From Bdellovibrionales bacterium (lineage in GTDB: Bacteria; Bdellovibrionota; Bdellovibrionia; Bdellovibrionales; UBA1609): a stretch of DNA of 64,000 bases. Below, in pieces: positions 1-9,540 of the stretch. The notes under the pieces are model-generated. The model saw only the letters and a program-made list of their open reading frames with translations, did not search any database and was not told the origin of the DNA. Location of the stretch: the NCBI GenBank assembly GCA_965199825.1, contig OZ241329.1, forward strand, positions 384,001 through 448,000, written 5' to 3'. The first letter of the stretch is position 1. Each line of letters opens with the position of its first letter. The position numbers were made by a program, and so were the translations under genes.

Positions 1-2005
1 TGCCCTGAGCCTTTGTGGTTACATAGGGATCAAAGATACGTTCCCGTAATCCCCGAGGAATTCCGATTCCATTATCTTCAATGATTAAACGTGCGGTCTT
101 TTGTTGAAAGTCATACTCGGTGCGAATTTTTATTTCACCCCCCACCACGTTGGTGAGGGCCCCAATCGCGTTATCAATAAGGTTCTTTATGGCCCGACTC
201 ATCTGGCCTTTATCAAAGTAAAATGGGGGAAGAGTTTGATCTGGAACGAACTCAAGCCCGATTGCAGGGTTGAATTCGCGATAGAGCAAAATCGATTCGC
301 CAATCATTTTGTTAAAATCATTTAAGGCCATCTGAACCTTTGGCATCCGGGCAAAACTTGCGAATTCGTTAACGAGGCCTTTCATATCATCCACTTGATC
401 AATGATCATCGCGATACAATCCGAAAATGCGGGATCAGAAATTTGGGCACCAAACTTTTTTTGCAAACGTTGAGCAGAAAGTCTGATGGGAGTGAGTGGA
501 TTTTTTATTTCGTGAGCAATTCGACGTGCAACCTCGGTCCATGCGGCGGCACGCTGTGAATTTACAATCGGTGTGAGATCATCAAACACCAAAACCCGAC
601 CAAGAAGCTTGCCCTCGTCGTCGTGCAAAATCGAGAGTGTGGTTTGTAGTGGAATTTCGCGATCTTGAATTTGGATTACGATTTCTTTTTGGGCGCCAAC
701 TTCACCCTCGGGTAAAAGTTGTTTAAAAAGATTTGCGGCTGGTAAATGAAAATAGTGATGAAGTTCGGTACCCACAAATTCTTCAGGATCAAGCTGCAAT
801 AGTTGCGAGGCGCGACGATTGATCATGGTGATTTCATTTTTGTTATCCACAGAGATCACCCCGGTGGTGACATTGCTCAAGACCACTTCGACATACTGGG
901 TGTGCTCATCCAAGCGAGTGAGAGTTTCGCGAAGGGTGAGGGTCATCGAATTAAAGCTCTGGATCAAGCGATTGATCTCTTTTGAGCCTGAGACCATATT
1001 GACCGTATCAAAATCCCCTTTGGAAACTCGCGCGGTGGCCTCACCCAATTCTTCTAGTGGAATCGAGAGCTCACGAGCCAAGTAAATTCCAAACCACGTG
1101 GCGCCAAGAATAATTACCAAGGTCATCAAAACTAAAATAATTAGATAAATTGATTTCAGAGGATATTCGAGTGGATTGACGTCGCGAAGATCCTCATAGG
1201 CCGAATTGATATCGTCCATTTTTGCAATCAGTGACAAAGGCACAAAGGTCGACACAACAATCGCACCAAAATTTTTGCGGTAGCGCGCCGGTACAATCAC
1301 TCGCACCAAATTGCCTTCGCCAAAGTGATGGATGGTGCTTGCTTCGGATCGCGACTCTAACCCCTTTTTTAAAAATTCGAGGGAGACTTTTGGGAGTAGC
1401 GGCAAACCCTCTTCGCTTGCGACTGCCATTACCCGGTCTTTAAAGAAATCGGGATAATATTCGACAGCATCGACGCTGTAGCGACGCTGGAGGGATTGCA
1501 GATTTTTTTCGAGCGAGGCGTTGCCCGGTTCGAGTTCGGCAGCAATGCGTGTGGCAAAGTGAAAATTCTTTTTTTTGGCGCTGATGTAATAGGCGTTTGT
1601 GACCTCGAGAGAGTTTTTTAAAACTCCGGCCATTTTTTCGCTAAACCATCTATCAAAACTATTGTTGATATAAAAAACCGAAACCAAAAACATGAGCACG
1701 GTGGGCACGAAACTAAAAATCACAAAGGCGGCTGTGAGTTTGGCTTTTAAACTTGATCCGACCAAACCACTTTGTCGATCGGCAAAAACTTTGACCACAT
1801 TGCGAAAGATCAGAAAAAATAACAGCAAAAATAAAATGATATTAAAGTTCACAAGCCCAAAGAAAAATACCGCATGAACAAATGGCAGGGCTTGAGAAAT
1901 GGCAAACAACTTATATTGAATCCAAGTTGCCATCAAAAAAACGAGCGCAATGCCTAAGGTGAGGTAAACCTCTTTGCGGCGTTTGCGAATTTCGAGGGAT
2001 TTCAT
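1..2005 (-). CDS. NtrY-like membrane sensor histidine kinase (HAMP-PAS-HisKA-HATPase), 3' end runs off the window
   Basis: Not in the ORF track; translated by hand from ATG at 2005 (MKSLEIRKRRKEVYLTLG...). Has TM segments, H-box AAWTEVARRIAHEIKNPLTPI and G-boxes IEDNGIGIP...IFDPYVTTKAQG. Confidence 0.9.
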   Translation of the reverse strand, partial: MKSLEIRKRRKEVYLTLGIALVFLMATWIQYKLFAISQALPFVHAVFFFGLVNFNIILFLLLFFLIFRNVVKVFADRQSGLVGSSLKAKLTAAFVIFSFVPTVLMFLVSVFYINNSFDRWFSEKMAGVLKNSLEVTNAYYISAKKKNFHFATRIAAELEPGNASLEKNLQSLQRRYSVDAVEYYPDFFKDRVMAVASEEGLPLLPKVSLEFLKKGLESRSEASTIHHFGEGNLVRVIVPARYRKNFGAIVVSTFVPLSLIAKMDDINSAYEDLRDVNPLEYPLKSIYLIILVLMTLVIILGATWFGIYLARELSIPLEELGEATARVSKGDFDTVNMVSGSKEINRLIQSFNSMTLTLRETLTRLDEHTQYVEVVLSNVTTGVISVDNKNEITMINRRASQLLQLDPEEFVGTELHHYFHLPAANLFKQLLPEGEVGAQKEIVIQIQDREIPLQTTLSILHDDEGKLLGRVLVFDDLTPIVNSQRAAAWTEVARRIAHEIKNPLTPIRLSAQRLQKKFGAQISDPAFSDCIAMIIDQVDDMKGLVNEFASFARMPKVQMALNDFNKMIGESILLYREFNPAIGLEFVPDQTLPPFYFDKGQMSRAIKNLIDNAIGALTNVVGGEIKIRTEYDFQQKTARLIIEDNGIGIPRGLRERIFDPYVTTKAQG

Positions 2006-2021
2006 TTTCACTATTTCAATT

Positions 2022-2462
2022 TCACTGCTGGGTGAGGCCCTTAATTTCGCGATCGATACGAATCATCTCGAGAGCTGCTTGAGCCGCATCCACACCTTTA
2101 TGTCCATGGGCCCCACCAATACGGGCTTGGGCTTGCTCATCGTTTTCGGTAGTGATCAAACCAAAGATAATTGGCTTTTGCATCTCGAGCATCACTTGCA
2201 TGCATCCGGATTCTGCCATTCGGCAAACCGAATCGTAATGAGTGGTCTCACCGCGAATCACACATCCTAAAACAATTACTGCATCGCAGTTTTTTTGTAA
2301 TAAAAGTTTTGCAACTAAAGGCAATTCAACCGCACCCGGAACCCGCAGTTGAATCACTTGCTCTCGGTTCAGCCCATGAGTATTTAGATATTCGACACAG
2401 CCCCGCTCAAGCTCGTCGGTAATCTCGGAATTAAAGCGGCTTGTGATCACACCTATTTTCAT
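2022..2462 (-). CDS. ribH: 6,7-dimethyl-8-ribityllumazine synthase
   Basis: Motifs SRFN, VPGAVELP, LGCVIRGETTHYD; lies in a rib operon. Confidence 0.97.
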   Translation of the reverse strand: MKIGVITSRFNSEITDELERGCVEYLNTHGLNREQVIQLRVPGAVELPLVAKLLLQKNCDAVIVLGCVIRGETTHYDSVCRMAESGCMQVMLEMQKPIIFGLITTENDEQAQARIGGAHGHKGVDAAQAALEMIRIDREIKGLTQQ

Positions 2463-3505
2463 TTTTGCTCCAATGGTCGCTCTTCAACAATTTCGAGTCC
2501 AAAGGCCTTTATGCCCACACGTTTTGTTGGAGTATTTGTGATTAAAATCAATTGGCAAACGCCTAGGGCTCTTAAGATTTGGGCTCCGACTCCGTAGTCT
2601 CTTTGATCTTCGGAGCCGTACATCGATGGACCGCGGAGATAAATCAGCAGACCTGAACCTTCGGCATCAATCGCTTTGAGTGAACTCGCTAAAGGACCTT
2701 CTTCGCTGCCATCAAAAAGATCACGCACCAAATTTTCGGTTTGGACGCGCACCAAGACTGGCGTTGCAGGGTCGACCTCGCCTTTTGAAATCACCCAATG
2801 CTCTTGACCATCGAGGCGATTGACAAAGGTGTGCATCAAAAAATCGGATCCAAAGGCGGTCTTTAAAGGTTCGGTCGAAATTTTTTGGACAAACATTTCG
2901 TTTTCTAACCGATACTGAATCAGCTTTTCGATCGAGGAAATTTTCATATGATGTCGAGCCGCAAAGTTTTTGAGATCGGGCAAACGAGCCATCGTGCCAT
3001 CAAGATTTATAATTTCGCAAATGACCGCTGCCGATCTTAATCCCGCAAGTTTTGCCAAGTCCACACTGGCTTCGGTATGCCCTGCCCGTTTGAGCACGCC
3101 ACCGATTTGGGCTCGGATCGGAAAAACATGGCCCGGCATAATCACATCTTGGGGTGTCGACAAAGGATCACTGGCAACTTTAATGGTGAGCGCGCGATCG
3201 GCCGCAGAAATTCCGGTGCTCACACCTTGGGAAGCTTCGATACTCACGGTGAAGGCGGTCTTGTGGGGGGAACCATTGCTGTCATCACGCACCATTAAAG
3301 GAATTTTTAGGCGATCAAGTTGATCGGGCAAAAGTGAAAGACAAATTAAACCTCGAGCTTCCACCGCCATAAAGTTAACCGCATCGGGCGTGATGTGCTC
3401 GGCCGCAATCATAATGTCGCCTTCGTTTTCGCGATCTTCGTCATCCACCAAAATAACAAATCGGCCTTGTTTAATGTCTTCTATGATTTCTGGAATGCTA
3501 TTCAA
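2459..3505 (-). CDS. ribB: 3,4-dihydroxy-2-butanone-4-phosphate synthase fused to a degenerate GTP cyclohydrolase II-like domain (RibBX type)
   Basis: Motifs DDEDRENEGD, TGISAADR, RAGHTEA. The C-terminal domain keeps DYGVGAQIL but has no Zn-binding cysteines. Confidence 0.93.
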   Translation of the reverse strand: MNSIPEIIEDIKQGRFVILVDDEDRENEGDIMIAAEHITPDAVNFMAVEARGLICLSLLPDQLDRLKIPLMVRDDSNGSPHKTAFTVSIEASQGVSTGISAADRALTIKVASDPLSTPQDVIMPGHVFPIRAQIGGVLKRAGHTEASVDLAKLAGLRSAAVICEIINLDGTMARLPDLKNFAARHHMKISSIEKLIQYRLENEMFVQKISTEPLKTAFGSDFLMHTFVNRLDGQEHWVISKGEVDPATPVLVRVQTENLVRDLFDGSEEGPLASSLKAIDAEGSGLLIYLRGPSMYGSEDQRDYGVGAQILRALGVCQLILITNTPTKRVGIKAFGLEIVEERPLEQK

Positions 3506-4098
3506 AGACGCTCCTTCACCGCATGGATCAGGCCCCGCGCCATCCAGTCCACTTCAAGATTAACGACATCACCTGTTTTTAAATTTTTGAGATTTGTGCG
3601 CTTTAAAGTTTCGGGAATCAAATAGACATCGACAAACTGATCATTCACTCCGTTGAGAGTGAGGCTTACCCCATTGATCGCGATACTCCCTTTGGGCCAA
3701 AAATATTTTTTGAGATCTGCTGGCACTTCGATTTTTAAAAATAAACCCTCAGAGCTTGAGTGGGCTTCCTGAATATGACCGATACCGTCGACATGCCCAC
3801 TAACCAAGTGGCCATGAATGCGATCATTAAACCTTAGCGATCTTTCCAGATTTAAAATTCGGCCTTCGAGCTTTGATAAATCCCATCTCGTAATCTTTAG
3901 AGTTTCAAGACCTAAAGCAAATTGCATTTGCCCCTCCTGATCTTTTTCAAGGGTGAGGCAAACTCCATCGCACGCGATACTATCACCAAGCTTGAGGTCG
4001 TCAAAACTTGGCGGTCGTTGCACTTGGATGCGCACCAGATCAGAGGTCTGTTGAGCCGCTAAAACTAAACCTGTGTTTTCGATGATTCCAGAGAACAT
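3502..4098 (-). CDS. ribE: Riboflavin synthase alpha chain
   Basis: N-terminus MFSGII; GDSIACDGVCLT, GHLVSGHVDG, VNLEVD. Confidence 0.96.
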   Translation of the reverse strand: MFSGIIENTGLVLAAQQTSDLVRIQVQRPPSFDDLKLGDSIACDGVCLTLEKDQEGQMQFALGLETLKITRWDLSKLEGRILNLERSLRFNDRIHGHLVSGHVDGIGHIQEAHSSSEGLFLKIEVPADLKKYFWPKGSIAINGVSLTLNGVNDQFVDVYLIPETLKRTNLKNLKTGDVVNLEVDWMARGLIHAVKERL

Positions 4099-4107
4099 TT
4101 CACAGTT

Positions 4108-6711
4108 TTAGTTCTTTACCGCTTGCGGGGTCAATGGCTCGAGCTGCAAATGCAGATCATCAGCCCGCACTTGCACAGTTTGGTTGGGCTGTACTTGGTG
4201 ACTGATCATCATTTTTGCCAAAGGATTCAAAAGTTCACGCTGGATCACACGCTTCAAAGGTCGAGCTCCATAAAGAGGGTCGTAACCCTTATGGGCTAAA
4301 TATTTGAGAACGTTTTGATCAAACTGCAATTTGATCTTTTTTTCGCCCAAGCGTTTTTCGATATGCTGGATCTGCACTGATACGATATCGGCGATTTGTT
4401 TTTCATCAAGGCTTTTGAAGATCACAATTTCATCCACTCGATTTAAAAACTCGGGCCGAAATAAAGTTTTAAGAGCTTCATGAGCCTGAGCCTCGCGCTC
4501 GTCCGCATTGAGCGTCGGATCAATTAAAAAGGTGCTACCCGCATTGGAGGTCATCACCAAAACTGTATTTTTGAAATCCACAGTGCGGCCCTGGCCGTCG
4601 GTCAAACGACCATCATCGAGCACCTGCAGTAAAATATTAAAAACATCAGGATGAGCCTTTTCGATCTCGTCGAGCAGAATCACACTGTAAGGTCTTCGCC
4701 GAACCTGTTCGGTCAGTTGACCACCGGCTTCGTAGCCAATATAGCCGGGAGGCGCTCCGACCAAGCGCGAGACCGCATGCTTTTCCATATATTCGCTCAT
4801 GTCGATACGGATCACCGCTTCTTCAGTATCAAATAAAAATTCGGCCAAAGCTTTTACCGTTTCGGTTTTACCCACACCGGTTGGTCCTAAAAAGATAAAG
4901 CTTCCGATCGGTCGATGCGGATCAGAAATTTCGGCGCGCGCGCGACGAATCGCATCGGCCACCACTTCGAGGGCATGGTCTTGACCCACCACTCGGGTGC
5001 GCAGTTGATTTTCCATTTGCAAGAGCTTACCCGATTCGGACTCGAGCATTTTGGCCACAGGAATTCCTGTCCATTTGCCAACGACCTGTGCAATCTCTTC
5101 GGGCCCCACTTCTTCGCGCAGCATCCGTGATTTTTTGGGATCGACCTCGATGGAGGTTAAATGGGTGAGCTTTTTTTCGAGCTCGGGCAAGCTGCCATAT
5201 TTAAGTGCTGCCGCTTTTTCGAGGTGCCCCTCACGCTCAGCCCGATCGATATCGAGCCGAGTTTTTTCGATCTCCTCTTTAACCGTTTTGATTCCACCAA
5301 TTTCGGATTTTTCTTTTTCCCACTGAGCTCTTAAAGTTTTGGAGTGGGATTGGAGCTCAGCGATTTCTTTTTCAACCACCTGAAAGCGCTCTTTGGCCGA
5401 AGGATCGGTTTCTTTTTTTAAAGCCTCACGCTCAATTTGGAGTTGCATGGTTTTGCGCTCCGCCTCGTCGATCACACTCGGCAGACTATTAATTTCAATA
5501 CTCAAACGACTTGCGGCCTCGTCCATCAAATCAATCGCTTTATCGGGCAAAAATCTTGCGGTGATATAACGGTGAGAGAGTTTGACCGCCGCAAGGATTG
5601 CCGCATCGGTTATGCGTACGCCATGATGAAGTTCGTATTTTTGTTTGAGTCCGCGAAGAATGGTGATGGCGTCTTGAACGTTTGGCTCTTCGACCAGTAC
5701 GGTTTGAAAACGTCGCTCAAGCGCCTTATCTTTTTCGATATACTGGCGGTACTCATCCAGAGTGGTTGCACCAATGCAGCGGAGTTCGCCACGAGCCAAT
5801 GCCGGTTTTAAAATTTGACCCGCATCCATGGCCCCTTCGGATTTGCCCGCCCCAACGAGCGTATGAATTTCATCGATAAATAAAATGACTTCGCTATCGC
5901 TATCGATCACTTCTTTAACCACCGCTTTTAATCGGTCTTCAAACTCGCCGCGATATTTTGCACCCGCAATGAGCGAGGCCAAGTCGAGAGCCAAAAGCTT
6001 TTTACCAAATAAAATATTGGGCACATCCTTATTGATGATTCGAACCGCAAGCCCCTCGGCAATCGCCGTTTTGCCCACACCGGGCTCACCGATAAGGACC
6101 GGATTGTTTTTGGTGCGACGAGCGAGCACTTGGATGGTGCGCCTAATCTCTTCATCTCGGCCAATTACTGGATCGAGCTTTCCCTCTTCGGCCAATTGGG
6201 TGAGGTCGCGCGCATATTTTTTTAAAACAGCAAATTTATTTTCGGGATCTTCGTCGGTCACTTTTTGATCTCCCTTAAGTTTGGTCAATGCCTCTTTAAA
6301 TTTGAATGGGTCAAGGCCCCATTGAGCAAGATTTGTTTTGAGTTCTTTTAATCCAGAATCAAATGCGGCCAAAATAAAGTGTTCGGTCGAGATATACGAA
6401 TCTCCTGAAATTTGGGCCGCACTCTCGGCGCCTTTAAATAACCGAATCAAATTGGGCGAGGCATTGACCGATGGATTCGGTTTTGCCAAACGCGGAAGGT
6501 TTTGGATCTGAGCATCCAACTTTTCGATAAGTCGAGCGGGCTCGACTCCAATATTTTCAAGAACCTGGGGAACAATCCCGCCTGGTTGATGAATAATTTC
6601 GCGCAGCACATGCTCGGGCTCCACGTTGGAGTTATGCAGTTTTTCGGCAAGGCTTGCGGCCGCTTGCATGGCCTCTTGACTTTTTGTTGTCATTTTTTGG
6701 ATTTCATTCAT
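4108..6711 (-). CDS. clpB: ATP-dependent chaperone ClpB
   Basis: Two AAA+ modules ([16 protein letters not shown]) with a middle coiled coil. Start moved to ATG 6711 (MNEIQKMT). Confidence 0.97.
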   Translation of the reverse strand: MNEIQKMTTKSQEAMQAAASLAEKLHNSNVEPEHVLREIIHQPGGIVPQVLENIGVEPARLIEKLDAQIQNLPRLAKPNPSVNASPNLIRLFKGAESAAQISGDSYISTEHFILAAFDSGLKELKTNLAQWGLDPFKFKEALTKLKGDQKVTDEDPENKFAVLKKYARDLTQLAEEGKLDPVIGRDEEIRRTIQVLARRTKNNPVLIGEPGVGKTAIAEGLAVRIINKDVPNILFGKKLLALDLASLIAGAKYRGEFEDRLKAVVKEVIDSDSEVILFIDEIHTLVGAGKSEGAMDAGQILKPALARGELRCIGATTLDEYRQYIEKDKALERRFQTVLVEEPNVQDAITILRGLKQKYELHHGVRITDAAILAAVKLSHRYITARFLPDKAIDLMDEAASRLSIEINSLPSVIDEAERKTMQLQIEREALKKETDPSAKERFQVVEKEIAELQSHSKTLRAQWEKEKSEIGGIKTVKEEIEKTRLDIDRAEREGHLEKAAALKYGSLPELEKKLTHLTSIEVDPKKSRMLREEVGPEEIAQVVGKWTGIPVAKMLESESGKLLQMENQLRTRVVGQDHALEVVADAIRRARAEISDPHRPIGSFIFLGPTGVGKTETVKALAEFLFDTEEAVIRIDMSEYMEKHAVSRLVGAPPGYIGYEAGGQLTEQVRRRPYSVILLDEIEKAHPDVFNILLQVLDDGRLTDGQGRTVDFKNTVLVMTSNAGSTFLIDPTLNADEREAQAHEALKTLFRPEFLNRVDEIVIFKSLDEKQIADIVSVQIQHIEKRLGEKKIKLQFDQNVLKYLAHKGYDPLYGARPLKRVIQRELLNPLAKMMISHQVQPNQTVQVRADDLHLQLEPLTPQAVKN

Positions 6712-6721
6712 AAGTGTAAAA

Positions 6722-6994
6722 GTGAGTTCTGAAAAAAAATTGTCAACAAATAAACCCAGACCTTTAAAGACTCCGAAGACTTTGCGAAAGAGCATCATTC
6801 TTGATCGGGTCAATCCGCGAGACTTTATGGAGCTCGATTTTACTTATAGCTGCGAGCAGTGCAGTCACTTTGCGAGTCAGACTAAGAGCTGTACATTTGG
6901 CTACAATGCCCAAAATCATCTTAAAGAAAACCAGATTGCTCTTTATTACCGTGGTGGACGTATGGCTTTTTGCCGCTACTCGGAGATCGACTAG
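6722..6994 (+). CDS. Small Cys-rich hypothetical protein, possibly metal-binding
   Basis: CEQCSHF...CTFG...FCRY pattern; abuts the next gene; start uncertain. Confidence 0.6.
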   Translation: MSSEKKLSTNKPRPLKTPKTLRKSIILDRVNPRDFMELDFTYSCEQCSHFASQTKSCTFGYNAQNHLKENQIALYYRGGRMAFCRYSEID

Positions 6995-7876
6995 TTGGTT
7001 ATTTATTTTTTAGCAGCCGTTGGTCTGGCGCTGGTTTTTTATCTTATATTTAGAAAAAAACAGATCGCGAATCGCCCCCCATCCCAGACTCTGTTATTGG
7101 GCGATCTTCATGTTCACTATAATGATGTGGGAAGCGGAGGACGAACCTTTGTTTTGATCCACGGTTTAGGAGCCTCCTTATATTGCTTTAGATTAATCAT
7201 TCCAATTTTGGCCAAACATGGCCGAGTGATTGCTCTTGATCTACCGGGCTTTGGTCAAAGTGAAAAGCGGCTCGACCTGAGCTACGACATCGACCAACAA
7301 GCCGAGCGCATCGGGTTATTTTGTGAAGCATTAAAAATTCGCGATGCGATTGTGGTCGGCAGTTCAATGGGAGGACTTCTCGCTTTTTATCTCGCACTAA
7401 AAAAGCCAGACTTGGTTGGTCACCTCGTGACAATTTCGCCAGCGCTTTATGTGCGCACCTTTGTTCCGCAATGGGTGATGCGCAAGAGTTGGTTTATGGG
7501 CCGCATGCTGAATGCAGCGGTTATGGCTCGGGCGCTTAAATCCGTGGTCGCTCGACATGAGCTGATCGATCAAGATGTGATTTCGAATTATCTTTCACCC
7601 TATAGTGATCCCAATTCTTTTCGAATATTATTGCGTGCTCTTGAATCTTTGAGTGAAACACGCTGGACCGAAGAACTTAAAAATTTTAGTAAGCCCAACT
7701 TAATGCTTTGGGGGACTAAGGACCGTGTACTTTCGGTGAAGCTTGCAGAACATGTCAGAAAATCATTTCCACAAACCCAAATTTTTATTCATCAAGAGGG
7801 TGGACATCACCTTCAAGAGGACGATCCAGTCTGGGTTTCACAAAAAATTTTAGATTTTACTCTACAGAAGTATTGA
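6995..7876 (+). CDS. Alpha/beta-fold hydrolase with N-terminal membrane anchor
   Basis: LIHGLG, DLPGFGQS, nucleophile GSSMGG, WGTKD, GHHLQED. Confidence 0.9.
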   Translation: MVIYFLAAVGLALVFYLIFRKKQIANRPPSQTLLLGDLHVHYNDVGSGGRTFVLIHGLGASLYCFRLIIPILAKHGRVIALDLPGFGQSEKRLDLSYDIDQQAERIGLFCEALKIRDAIVVGSSMGGLLAFYLALKKPDLVGHLVTISPALYVRTFVPQWVMRKSWFMGRMLNAAVMARALKSVVARHELIDQDVISNYLSPYSDPNSFRILLRALESLSETRWTEELKNFSKPNLMLWGTKDRVLSVKLAEHVRKSFPQTQIFIHQEGGHHLQEDDPVWVSQKILDFTLQKY

Positions 7877-7936
7877 TTCCTCGACCGCCCTAAGACCAAC
7901 TTTAGATTGATTCACTTTAAATAGCCTCAAGTCCTG

Positions 7937-7963
7937 TCAAGAAACCGCTATTGTTCCCGAAAG
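7937..7963 (+). promoter_or_regulatory. Putative sigma28 (FliA) promoter of flagellin
   Basis: TCAA-N15-CCCGAAAG resembles TAAA-N15-GCCGATAA; lies ~95 nt upstream of the fliC start. Confidence 0.55.
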
Positions 7964-8056
7964 GTGTAATGTGAAATGGCTCGGATGCCAGATCCAAGAC
8001 GGATTAATAACACATGGAGGTACCACACTAACGAATTCCTAACGGAGGATAAGACT

Positions 8057-8893
8057 ATGGGTATGCGAATTACGACAAACATTGCGGCTTTGAACGCACA
8101 AAGAAATTTGGCTACTAGCCAAACAAACATTCAGTCAAGCTTAAGCAAGCTGGCTTCAGGTTCGAGAATTAACCGCGCAGCTGACGATGCAGCTGGATTA
8201 GCGATTTCAGAAAATTTGAAATCACAAATCCGCTCAACACGCCAAGCAAGCAGAAACGCAAACGACGGTGTCTCTTTAGTACAAACTGCTGAAGGTGGTT
8301 TGAACGAAATCGGAAACATCATCACTCGTATGCGTGAATTAGGAATCCAAGCTTCTTCTGACACTGTTGGAAAAGACGAACGTGGATTCGTAGATAAAGA
8401 AGTTCAACAATTAAAATCAGAACTTCAGCGTATTGCTTCAGTAACAACTTGGGGCAAAACAAAACTTCTTGATGGATCTTCACCAAATTATGATTTTCAA
8501 ATTGGTATTTACAATAATGCTAAAGAAGATCGAATCAGCTTTGCATCAGCAGAGAACGTTGCAACTCTTGATTCTTTGAAACTTGCAGATCTTGATTACA
8601 CAACAAAAGAAGGCGCACAAAGTGCTCTTGGTCAGCTAGATAACGCTCAAGTTTCAGTGAGCGGAATGCGATCAAGCCTTGGTGCTCTTCAGAACCGACT
8701 CGCTTCGACAACTGCTAACTTGTTAGTATTTGAAGAGAATATGTCGGCAGCAAACAGCCGTATCCGAGATACTGATGTTGCTGAGACTTCGTCTGAGCTC
8801 ACTCGCAACAACATCATGTTGCAAGCTTCGACGGCAACTTTGGCTCAAGCCAATCAGTCTGCATCCGTAGCTCTGAAATTGATCCAAGGTTAA
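8057..8893 (+). CDS. fliC: Flagellin (short, 278 aa, mainly D0/D1 domains)
   Basis: MGMRITTNIAAL, SGSRINRAADDAAGLAISE, LGALQNRL, SRIRDTDVA. GGAGG RBS precedes ATG 8057. Confidence 0.97.
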   Translation: MGMRITTNIAALNAQRNLATSQTNIQSSLSKLASGSRINRAADDAAGLAISENLKSQIRSTRQASRNANDGVSLVQTAEGGLNEIGNIITRMRELGIQASSDTVGKDERGFVDKEVQQLKSELQRIASVTTWGKTKLLDGSSPNYDFQIGIYNNAKEDRISFASAENVATLDSLKLADLDYTTKEGAQSALGQLDNAQVSVSGMRSSLGALQNRLASTTANLLVFEENMSAANSRIRDTDVAETSSELTRNNIMLQASTATLAQANQSASVALKLIQG

Positions 8894-8927
8894 TTCCTAG
8901 GTTTTAGTTTTCTTATCACTCCGATCT

Positions 8928-8956
8928 GTAGGTCAGACTTCGATGGTCTGGCCTAC
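8928..8956 (+). terminator. Stem-loop downstream of flagellin (terminator or mRNA stabiliser)
   Basis: GTAGGTCAGAC-ttcgatg-GTCTGGCCTAC forms an 11-bp stem; no clear U-tract. Confidence 0.55.
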
Positions 8957-9042
8957 CGACATCGCGAAAATCTCGTTTGACAGCAGAGATTGCTTTGTAG
9001 CTAAATGAAAACTCCTATCGGCATAAAAACTGGGAGTTAAGA

Positions 9043-9483
9043 ATGGCAAAAGCGAAGAAAAAAGCAAAAAAAGTAACATCGAAAAAAGCGGCTAAAAAAA
9101 GCAATTCAGCTAAAAAGGCAGCTAAAAAAGTAACATCGAAAAAAGCGACATCGAAAAAAGCTTCGAAAAAATCGAGCACGAAGTCGGCACCAAAGAAATC
9201 GACCAGCAAAAAAGACGCATCCAAAAAATCAGCGTCGAAAAAGACCGCAAAAAAATCAAGTTCAAAAAAGACATCAAAACAGAAGGCCTCCAAAAAGCCT
9301 GAAGTGATGACAAACCCCTATTCCACTGGGAACACCACTGATCAACACGATGGCAACACCGATGATCATGACCATAAAGGAATCGGAACTTCTGAATCAG
9401 AAGAATATCAAGATCCAGAAAACGACGAATCATTTGAAGAAGTTGATGAAGATGAAGAATCAGACGACGAAGGTTATTTCTAA
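9043..9483 (+). CDS. Histone H1-like Lys/Ala/Ser-rich protein with acidic C-terminal tail
   Basis: N-terminal ~85 aa of KKAAKK/SKK repeats, C-terminal D/E-rich tail, GGGAG RBS. Confidence 0.75.
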   Translation: MAKAKKKAKKVTSKKAAKKSNSAKKAAKKVTSKKATSKKASKKSSTKSAPKKSTSKKDASKKSASKKTAKKSSSKKTSKQKASKKPEVMTNPYSTGNTTDQHDGNTDDHDHKGIGTSESEEYQDPENDESFEEVDEDEESDDEGYF

Positions 9484-9509
9484 ATCCCTGAGGTGAGCCT
9501 ATGGGATAC

Positions 9510-9540
9510 AAAAAAGCGGGATCTAGTCCCGCTTTTTTTT
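9510..9540. terminator. Bidirectional rho-independent terminator
   Basis: AAAAAAGCGGGA-tctag-TCCCGCTTTTTTTT between convergent genes. Confidence 0.9.

Noticed and set aside
6712..8056. N-terminal extensions of clpB (to 6813) and fliC (from 7976) in the ORF track; likewise for nuoCD, NUDIX, alr and the 50895 barrel
   Set aside because: The extensions overlap neighbouring genes or leaders; family N-termini, RBS or stop/start overlaps support the shorter starts.
9015..9041. Antisense sigma28-like site (GCCGATAG on the minus strand) pointing into the flagellin 3' end
   Set aside because: The -35 match and spacing are poor, and the sequence is equally explained by the RBS hairpin; unsupported without TSS data.
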